Of a stretch of 64,000 nt of DNA, positions 51,629 through 60,732 are shown one piece after another. Location: NCBI GenBank assembly GCA_976226885.1, contig OZ320313.1, positions 39,370,001 to 39,434,000 on the forward strand. The letters run 5' to 3'. A model generated the notes under the pieces. That model saw only the letters and a program-made list of their open reading frames with translations. It did not search any database and was not told the origin of the DNA. The translations under genes were made by a program, and so were the position numbers. The stretch comes from Iphione sp. A-MEVVRFRX5 (lineage: Eukaryota). Within the stretch, counting starts at the first letter, position 1, and every line of letters starts with the position of its first letter.

Positions 51629-52273
51629 CAGTTGAATCTCTATTTCTGACCAGTGGTTGGGTCCAAGCTCAGATGGTCAGAATAGCAAGTTTGGTCGGAA
51701 ATCAATTGAATAGGATGTCAGGGTTGAAAACAATATCCCTTTCGAACTCTCTCTCTATTAACATACAAAAAGTCCAATAAGTGCTGAATTTGATGAATAA
51801 GAATCCAACAATTGCGAATTTGACAAGTAGAAGTCCAAATAGTGCTGAATTTGATGAGTTTAAGTCCAAAAAGTGCTGAATTTGATGAGTAAGATTCTCC
51901 CCTGACCACTCTTCCCTGACCACTTTTTCAACCATTATCCCAGGTGTCCGAGACATCAGAGTGGTCACCATTGACACCCACGGTCTGCCCTGGCCACTCT
52001 TTTAGTGGTTATCCCAGGTGTGACAGACATCAGAGAGGTCGGCGTTGACTCCCCCACTCTCTCCCAACTACTCTTTCAAACATTATCCCAGGTGTAAGAG
52101 ACATCAGAGAGGTCACCATTGATGCCCCCAGTCTCCCTTACCAGCCTCTCTAGGGTGTGAGTGACATCCTATCACACTGGTTAAGTATGGAGATAATTTT
52201 GGTTCCAAGCTCAACTGGTCGGAATGGACGGTTTGGTCAGAAGTCACAGGGGTCAGAAATAGAGGTTCCATTG
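51629..52273. mobile_element. Tc1/pogo-type MITE carrying 30-bp and 74-bp tandem repeats
   Basis: 23-bp TIRs CAGTTGAATCTCTATTTCTGACC / rc CAATGGAACCTCTATTTCTGACC with TA TSDs. About 4 copies of the 30-bp unit (51770..51893) and 3 copies of a 74-bp unit (51935, 52009, 52083). Confidence 0.85.
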
Positions 52274-52814
52274 TATTGTGAATCTGTGGGGTCCGGATCT
52301 GCTTTGAAAAACGGCTGGAGAAAAGTAACTGGGGACAACCTTTCTCCGCATTCTACGATTATTTACATTTAATTTAAACTGTTTCAATGCAAGCACTATG
52401 TATCTCACTCCACTAAAGAGACAGGAGTTGTGTTACATTTTCCAATTATAGATGTGGTTCGGTGCTGATGGAATCCACAGTGGTTATATCAAACTTGGGT
52501 TGAAATTTCCAGTTTCTTTCAATATTGTATACAGAGTTATATGTTTTAACATCCAAGACGGTTCCTAAAGGCCTGCAACTAGCTCCGGGAATAGAGGGGG
52601 CTTCCTATGTCCTCATAGATACTAAGCAAAACAATGAAAAAACCAGTACCAGTGAAGCACATACTAATTTAGGGTCCAATTGGTATCATTCAGTTTTCAA
52701 ATTCTGCTTTTCTGTTGGCAGGGCAGAATAATCAAGCTTTGGCACGGGGGAATGTAGATCGAGACTTCACAATAAGAGAAATGTAATAGGACCAGCTATA
52801 AGTACCTTGGGTAA

Positions 52815-53146
52815 GGCCCCCAAAAATAGGTGTGTTTCTGGTAATGGCCACCCAAAACCTATAGATAGGGAGGGGGTATCTTTTTTTATTTTCTTTCCAC
52901 TTTCTTCCTCTGGTTTTCAATAATAATAAAGACAATATGAATAATTTTGACCAATTTGCAGTTTTTTGCTGAAGTTCTATGGATTTGGTTGTTTTTCTAT
53001 TGAATTTACCAAAAACATGTGTCGTGAAAACCTGTATCTAAAGAAATTCAGCCTTGGAAACTCCTTTGGGCCAAAAGATTTTTAGGTATGGTGAGGTTTT
53101 ACTAGGTAGGGGTGGGTTACCAGAAACACACCTATTTTTTTTGGCC
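52815..53146. mobile_element. PIF/Harbinger-type MITE (family A)
   Basis: TAA|GGCCCCCAAAAATAGGTGTGTTTCTGGT ... ACCAGAAACACACCTATTTTTTTTGGCC|TAA. Confidence 0.88.
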
Positions 53147-53652
53147 TAAACAATATAAGATCATAGTAAGGCCTAGCACAAAGTTTTGTGTTACTGGTAA
53201 CCCAACCGACCATACATTGGAAAAAATTGTGACTTTTTCTTTTTTTGTGAATATCTTCAAAATGGTATAGATATATACAATACATAATTTTGCTGCTTAA
53301 CCCTTTAAGGTCGGCCAATGCCCAGAGGCACTCCCGTGGTGGAGACGACGAATGCGTGGAAGCACTCCCGTGTGAAAGACGGCCAATGCCCACAGGCAGA
53401 CACGACACCACTTGTGTTCGCGTTGGATTAATTAATAGAAATAATAATTGGATTTTAATTATATTTTACATAAACGTCTAGATATAATTGTTTCGTAGCT
53501 TTATGGTAGAAAAAGTTAATAATACTAATTTAAAATAAATTAATTACAAGTTTAACTACACCGCGAGACGATTCCCGCTAGCGAACGGCCGGACCGCGCA
53601 GTGGTTGCCGACAACAACGGGAAGCAGACGGCTTTTGTCGTTCCTCCCCAGA

Positions 53653-54233
53653 ATGGCAAATTCTGATGATTTTTCAGACTTAGATTCTGAATGGGAGGAT
53701 GAGCTCGGTTTGGAGGCCTATAGATTGCTAAACGAACAAGCAAGGGCATCTTCATCTGATGATTCATCCCAGAGTGAAGATAACAGAGATGAAGATGATG
53801 GAAGCAGTGAGGACGACCCAGAAGTAAAAAAAGACAAGAGGAACGACAATGAATGGGTGACAGTTGAGGCGGATTCCCATGATGTACAACACACTGTGGT
53901 ATTCGATGAAGCTTCAGCAGGACTAAGTCCAGAAATTAATACTGACAAGACGAAGACCCCATACGACTATTTCAGCTTATTTGCCTCCGTGGATTTCCTA
54001 ACAACCATCCTAGCGAGCGTGAATGGAAGGGCGACTGGCTATCGACCCAAAGGCAAGGCCCCAAAATGGGTGCCTTTCTCTATAGAGGAATTGAAGAACT
54101 TCATCAGTCTCTCAATGCTCATGGGTATTATCGATAAGCCCAGGATCCAGCACTACTGGTCAACATTGGAACAATTAGCAACCCCTGTGTTTGCTCGTTT
54201 CATGGCGAGAGACAGGTTCAAGACCATCATGCG
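53653..54233 (+). CDS. piggyBac transposase (PGBD4-like), exon 1
   Basis: ATG at 53653, acidic N-terminus, TPYDYFSLF, EELKNFI...MG...YWST...MARDRFKTIMR motifs. Donor CG|GTATGT at 54233/54234. Confidence 0.88.
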
Positions 54234-54364
54234 GTATGTATAACTGATATGGACTGTAATTTAATCTAAATTTTTATCTATTTTTATATTCATGTAATTT
54301 CAGGTTTTTTTGCTGCCTTTTTAATTCCTGGTTATAACATATCCCAATGTCTCTATGATTCCAG

Positions 54365-55526
54365 GTTCCTCAATACGTGCGGCGACAAGGCGCCCGATGA
54401 CACCAACGCAGATCGACCCCACCCCTCTACGAAGATCCAATGGTTGTTCGACCACTTCAACAATGTAGCTAGGAAGTTGTACCAGCCCAAAAAAGAATTG
54501 ACTGTGGACGAGACGATGGTTGCCCATAAAGGATACCTCAGGTTCAAGCAGTACATGCCGGCCAAGCCTACGAAATGGGGTATGAAATTGTGGGTGCTAT
54601 CTGAGAGTGTTTCTGGGTATGTACTTCGAACAATACCATATTTTGGACGAGAGGATCGTGGGAGGTGCTCACTTGCAGAATATGTCGTAATGGAACTGCT
54701 CAAGAAGTGTCAGCTTCTAGGAAAAGGTCATATAATTTTCATGGACAATTATTATACTGGGGTTAGCCTATTGAAGAAATTGTTGATGTATGGAACATAT
54801 GCTTGTGGCACTGTGCGTACCAATCGGGTCGGTCTCCCCAAACCTCTAACCAAGAGAAAAGTTGTTGGTATGAAGAATATTGGGAGTATGAAATTCAGAA
54901 AAAATGGTCCTCTGTTATTCAGCATATGGAGAGATAAAAGGTTGGTGAGAGTGCTTTCCACCTGGCATGGAAGCAGAACAGCTGAAGTCCCTCGGACAGT
55001 GAAAGATCCTTCCTCTGGTAAATTTATGAAAAAACAGGTGAAGTGCCCTGAAGCAATAGTTGATTATTGTAGCTACATGGGTGGAGTGGATAAATGTGAC
55101 CAGTTGCTTCAATACTACAGATATGCTAGAAAGTGTAGAAAATGGCCAATTAAATTATTTTGGTACGTGATCGAAGTGATGAAGATCAATGCAATGATTC
55201 TTTTCAATTCTGGGAGGACCAAGCCTATGTCTCTATTTGATTTTTCTATGGAGATCATTGTAGCTATGATGTCGTCACCTGTTCAAAACCGTCGGCCGAC
55301 CCAGTCCTCAGAGCTCAGTAGACTCACCTCCCGTTGCTTCCCATACGATTTAGGGCGTAAAAGCTACTGTCGTGTCTGCTACTCACGTGTAAGCAAAGGG
55401 TTACAGCTGACTAGATCCCAAACTAAATATGGCTGTAAAGATTGCGATGTACATCTGTGTTTGCCCAATTGTTTCCGAATCTATCATACTATAAAGCACT
55501 ATGATCGTTTCACCTCTGAAGACTAG
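54365..55526 (+). CDS. piggyBac transposase (PGBD4-like), exon 2 with DDD catalytic core and C-terminal Cys-rich domain
   Basis: Acceptor TTCCAG|G restores the frame (IMRFLN). Catalytic motifs LTVDETM, FMDNYYT and MGGVDKCDQ, plus KPTKWGMKLW. C-terminal CRVC...CKDCDVHLC...CFRIYH. Spliced product is 580 aa with no internal stops. Confidence 0.92.
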
Positions 55527-55697
55527 TTCACTGATGTACAATGCTCGAAACCTATGGATTTGCATGTAATCCACCCTGAAAAATACATATTGACTAAAGA
55601 AATAAATGTAATCTCCATCAATGAATATATGACTTACTTGTTCTCTGTCTGCTGTCATTATATATATCCATACACGTATTATCCGCTTTGAATAAAT

Positions 55698-55997
55698 CCG
55701 TGATGTAATCCCATATAGTTATGTACAGTCTACGACGTAACAAGTAAAAAGTCCATTTGTTGTGTAAATCCATGTGACATTTCATAAAAATCCATATATA
55801 TCATGTAAAAGTCCTCAGAAGTATGTTTCCCTTCATAATTCTCCTTAGGCAATTGAAAAAATACCATTTGATCCACTTCTAAAGATATCCAAAAATCTGT
55901 GATGCAATCCTGTTTAGTTATATACAGCCTATGACGTAACAAGTAAAAAGTCCATTCGATGTATAAATCCATGTGACATTCCATAAAAGATCCATAT
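55698..55997. repeat. ~100-bp direct repeat (199-bp period) in the piggyBac 3' region
   Basis: C(C/T)GTGATG..AATCC...GACGTAACAAGTAAAAAGTCCATT...CCATGTGACATT..CATAAAA at 55698..55798 and 55897..55997. Confidence 0.85.
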
Positions 55998-57171
55998 TTG
56001 TTCTCTAAAAATCCTTATAAAGGCATATCCATACTTGTTTTTTCTTGGACAATTGATTAAATATCCATTTAGAAGGCTTATAACGACTCAAGTCGTCCGC
56101 ACGTATGTGCATCGATGACGCTCTAAAAAAGTGCCGCCCTCTGTAGGGAAACGTCAAAAATACGCCGCCGCGTGAGGCCGTGACGTACCGTCAGGTGCCG
56201 CCTCGATAGGGTTAAAGTATTGGCTTTCATGTGATATAGGTCTCATTGAAATCTAAGCAGTAAGACGTATGTTACCATATACATTTTTAATTGTTAGTAT
56301 GAATTAACACTAGAGAAAAACGAAAAATAAAAAAATTGACACCTACCGACTGACCCTCTATATTTTCAGCATGTTACCAGAAATACAGAACATCTTTTTG
56401 GGGGCCTAAATGTCTAAACAGCTAAATATATGAATTATGTCATAATCATTCAGGTTGGATAATTAGACAGGATTATGGAGATTTGAAATGGGGTAAGAGT
56501 AACTGAAAGAATGCAACTATTACATAGATCTTGGTGGGGTCAGATTAACTTCCTAACCCAGATTTGAGGAGCCTGGTCTGTCTCAGGGATGGATACAGTA
56601 GTCATTCTTGGATTGGAGTGGCTAAAGTGATATAAATAATGCATTTTTGGACGTCCGGGCACACAAATAAATACATGTGCATGTATATACATGCACAAAG
56701 GAGGCGGCCATCTGGTCTTCTACTTATTTAGCTCGCTTGACGACTGAGCCACCTACATGCGCATTTAATCATGTGTTTTTACTACCTGTTCTGCCTAACT
56801 ACCTATACATATTCTTGTACTTTCCTATTTGTTTGGCCATGAAGCAATTTGCCCTCCTTCTCCATATGTCCGCACACCTACCTGTCCGTCTGGCAGCATC
56901 CATGCGTTACCACTACTACTGCCCAAACGCATATCATGTGGCACCTCCTCCAAACCAAATTCTGATTGTCCGCATCAGTGGACCAAACTACCAGGACCAT
57001 GATGAAAGTATTAGAAAGCTAGTTATTAGGCACTAAGATTGATTAGAGAAAGGGTTACCTATAAAAGGAAGGGCATATGTAGGAGAGGAAGGGGATGGAG
57101 GCTAATAAATGGGAGGAAAGGAATGGTTGGAGAAAATGTGACAGGTGGAGGGGAGGGAGATAAATAAATTT

Positions 57172-57748
57172 GGCCTAAAAATATATCTGTGTTTTTGGTA
57201 ACATGCTAAAAAATATAGGGTCGGGAAGCAGGTGTTTTTCACTTTTGTTTTCATTGCTAGTGGAGCCTAAAAACAGCAAATGTGTAAGACAATACCTCTT
57301 TTACTGTTTAGATTTTAATGAAACTTATATCACACGAAAACCAATAATGTGAGGAACAAAATGGTGTATTGTATTAGAGGCTGTTCACATGTAGCCATAT
57401 TTTTCTTGCTGAAAAATCCATCTATGGGTCTGGAGGAGATGTGGAATACCTCCTGCTTAATCTATATTATTGCAATATCAGTTGTCCTTACACCAATACT
57501 TTCTATGGATAATGAATCTGTAGCTGTAGAAAATCCATCCCAAATGGTTTCCTCACTTATGGCCATGGCCCAGTCTATGGGCCCGTAGCTGTAGGAAAAT
57601 ATGGATATATGTGAACACCCCTAAGTCTGTAGTATTATTCACCACCAAGATATTGACAAACAATTACATGTATATATAAAAACCTCTGAGATACCAATAT
57701 GTAGGGGCATTTAGGTTACCAGAAACATTGATACTTTGTTACTAGGCC
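57172..57748. mobile_element. PIF/Harbinger-type MITE (family A-related)
   Basis: TTT|GGCCTAAAAATATATCTGTGTTTTTGGTAAC ... GTTACCAGAAACATTGATACTTTGTTACTAGGCC|TTT. Confidence 0.72.
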
Positions 57749-57806
57749 TTTGGGAGGAAAGAGGCCTAAGAAGAGAGAGGAGGGAGAAAAATGTTGGAGG
57801 AAAGGG

Positions 57807-58210
57807 AAGGAGATAGAAGTAGATAAAAAGTCAAAAATGGAAGAAAATGGAGAGGGAAGGGAGGGAAGCAAAATATAGCAAAGTAAAGAGGTAAATGGAG
57901 GAGGAAGAATGGGTATGGAGGAAGTGGTAAGGTACAAATATATTGCGGAAGGGGATTCAAGGATGAAGAGAAGGTGAGGAAGAGATTACGAGGAAGGTGG
58001 GGGGGTAGGAAAAGGAGATAGAAGTAGATAAAAAGTCAAAAAAGGGAAGAAAATGGAGAGGGAAGGAAGGGAAGCAAAACATTGTAAAGTAAAGAGGTAA
58101 ATGGAGGAGGAAGAATGGGTACGGAGGAAGTAGTAAGGTACAAATATATGGCGGAGGGGGATTCAAGGATGAAGAGGTGTTGAAGACGAGATAACGAGGA
58201 AGGTGGGGGG
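57807..58210. repeat. 205-bp purine-rich tandem duplication (2 copies)
   Basis: AAGGAGATAGAAGTAGATAAAAAGTCAAAAA... starts at 57807 and again at 58012, with high identity along the unit. Confidence 0.9.
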
Positions 58211-59819
58211 AGGGGAGGAAAAGAAGGAAAACATGGAAGGAAAAAGAAGAAAAGAAGGACAGTAAAGGGAGAGGTTTGGAAAGAAAGAAGGAAAGTACAG
58301 GGGTAGTAAGATGGAGAGGGGAATGGGGAGGATGCAATGAAGTGGAAATAAACGCCACTTGTCTGTCATCACGTGGTCTCCTTTAACATTTAACGCGCCC
58401 TTCCACGTGACCACACTGCCAACCAATTGTAAACCAGCAAAAAGGGGGAAGATGGGGGAGAGATGTTATTTAAAAACACACATGCGCTGCTTGGGTCAGG
58501 CGTGCGTGTGTTTAGTGTGTAATTCCATAAAGAAGCGTCGTTTGAAGATGTCTCGGCTGCATCGGCTTGATCTCTCGCCGAGCACGCCTCGCCTGGCCTC
58601 TCCACCACAGCTCGCCGCACATAATAGGTTTGTACCGCTGTCAGCCGCGTGGCGGCGCGGTCTTCGGTGTCACGTGCCAGCCGGCCGACCACGTGATCGC
58701 ACCGCCGTGACGCAATGACAGAGCACAGTGCTGATTGGTTGGTAGAGATGAGAGGGCGCCTGTGATAGGCTGACGTAATGAGAGAGTGATAGCCATGATA
58801 GTGGACTTCAGGATGTCAGCGGGTGCGTTTAACTACCGTATAAAATGACTTTTTAAACGTGTTCGATGACTTCATAATAGATGAAATTAGTACTAACGGA
58901 GTCATTTATGTTAAACTTTTACACTCAGCGCCTTCACTTTAAGTGAACTTTGTGACATCAAACTGTGACTATGAAAGAGGTACGAAAAGTCAAATGAAAT
59001 CTAGGGACGAGGACATCATTCCTTCAACAAAGCTGGAGTTCACACAGTTTAGTTAGATAAGAACAAAGAAACACTCAGGTAATAAAATATCGCAAATCGT
59101 TTTCCCGAATCACAGTGAGTATAGTCTCATTTTATTACATTTGAAACACGTAAATATGAGAGGAGACATATTCAATATTATAGAGTCTGGAATATAATAT
59201 CAAATTCAACGGGGCTTTTAGGTACAATGTTTCCGAATCAACTACGAAAACATCGACGTATTCCATGCTTTTGTATAAAACTGAATAGTAATAGTACGTG
59301 TGTTAGTGTATTTGTGAGTATATGTGTGTTGAAGTATGTTTATAATGTCCATCCAGGTCGATTCGTCCAGGTCTCAAGTACATGTAGAGACAGACGTCTC
59401 CGCCGTCATACGTGATTCCCCTTCTCTAAACCGCAAGCATCACTGCTCCCTAAGCCAAAGGAGAGGCCACCTATCATTTTAAGTCTCACCGGTCCTTGCA
59501 CATCTATACCCACACTTACTGGCTCACTAGGGCCACAGTTATCTCACGACCTACGTATTCTGGGCTGAATTCTTTCTCTTTTTTCGTAAATTATGATCAG
59601 GCTGAATCTGTTAGGACAGAAGTGTTAGGCTGATGCTCTTCTGACCAAAGTGTCTCAGTTCCTCTACCCTCCCCCCCCACCCGAGTGGTCTGTCGTATTC
59701 TCGCATGTTCTCCTGTTCTCACAAGGGACCTTCAACCCTCGGTAAACACCGCGAGAACGAGAGAGTTATTATGGCGGCCGATTAGTCGTCCCCGTGCGTC
59801 TCATCTCTTAAAACACGAA

Positions 59820-60250
59820 CGCCGATTGACCAATCAACCAATCAAAATAGCTTTGCCATCTCGGCGGCCGCCCGGGGACGGTGCCTCATAACCTGGCTGT
59901 CATGCGCCCTTCTATTGGACGATCAATGAGGTGGCCAGCCAATCAGAGAACCCGACTCATCCTGCCCGCTCATCCATCATGGCCACCGCCCGCATCCATT
60001 GAGACGCGAGCTTGGCACCTTATTGGACATTCGCAAAGGGAGAAAGAGCATGACCACAAAGGCCCGAATGTATGAAGAAAGTATAACGAGACCATAGGAA
60101 TAAACTGGTAGAAAGGGAGACCGTTTCACAGAAAAAAAAGACACGGATCCGATTTGGTCAAGCGCAACATTAGCATTGCGAAATTGGTTTCGTACCCCAT
60201 CACGGGGCGGCGCCCTTGATGTAACTTCCGATGGTAGACTTCCGTTGATT
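59820..60250. promoter_or_regulatory. CCAAT/ETS-rich promoter-like island
   Basis: CCAAT or ATTGG at 59830, 59838, 59914, 59939, 60022 and 60183. ACTTCCG at 60224 and 60238. Confidence 0.45.
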
Positions 60251-60392
60251 TGGCATCATTTTTAAGCGACACCTACTACAAAGGTGCCGTCCGTGGCATG
60301 TTAGACTCGATAACTTCTCCGAGGCGAGTGGGACGTGAGTGATCGAGCAGAGAGAGGGAAGAAAGAGAGAAAATCTGAGGGCGAAATGATAA

Positions 60393-60732
60393 GGCCAAAG
60401 AAAATGTGTTTCTGGTAACCCACCCCTACCTAGTAAAACCTCACCCTACCTAAACATTTTTTTGGCCCCAAAGAGTTGCTAAGGCTGAATTTCCTTAGAT
60501 ACAGGTTTTCACAGCACATATTTTTGGTAAATTTAGTAGAAAAACAACAAAATCCATGGAAATTCACCAAAAAACTATAAACTCATACAGATTGGTCAAA
60601 ATTCTTCTTATTGTCTTTATTATTATTGAAATTCAGGGGAAGAAAGTGAGAATTTTTTTTTAAAAAAGTACCCCCTCCCTACCTAGGTTTTTGGCTGGTT
60701 GTGACCAGAAACACACCTATTTTTCTTTGGCA
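60393..60732. mobile_element. PIF/Harbinger-type MITE (family A), inverted relative to 52815..53146
   Basis: TAA|GGCCAAAGAAAATGTGTTTCTGGT ... ACCAGAAACACACCTATTTTTCTTTGGCA|TAA. The interior is the reverse complement of the 52815 copy. Confidence 0.88.

Larger units (their letters stand above)
53301..56211 (+). mobile_element. Full-length piggyBac-superfamily DNA transposon (2911 bp)
   Basis: TTAA at 53297..53300 and 56212..56215. Termini are CCCTTTAAGGTCGGC and rc CCCTATCGAGGCGGC (10/15 identical). Internal transposase gene. Confidence 0.92.
53170..56406. mobile_element. PIF/Harbinger-type MITE (~320 bp) split by the piggyBac insertion
   Basis: TAA|GGCCTAGCACAAAG..CTGGTAAC at 53170 and GTTACCAGAAA..TTTTTGGGGGCC|TAA at 56406. 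The two ends match those of 57172..57748 in inverted orientation. Confidence 0.75.

Noticed and set aside
51935-52156. Repeat-spacer-like array (32-bp conserved head plus ~42-bp variable part) resembling CRISPR
   Set aside because: The 'spacers' are homologous to each other, the array lies inside a TA-flanked MITE, the context is eukaryotic and there are no cas genes.
56134-56147. CTCF-like motif in the piggyBac right end
   Set aside because: Better explained as the element's duplicated subterminal motif.
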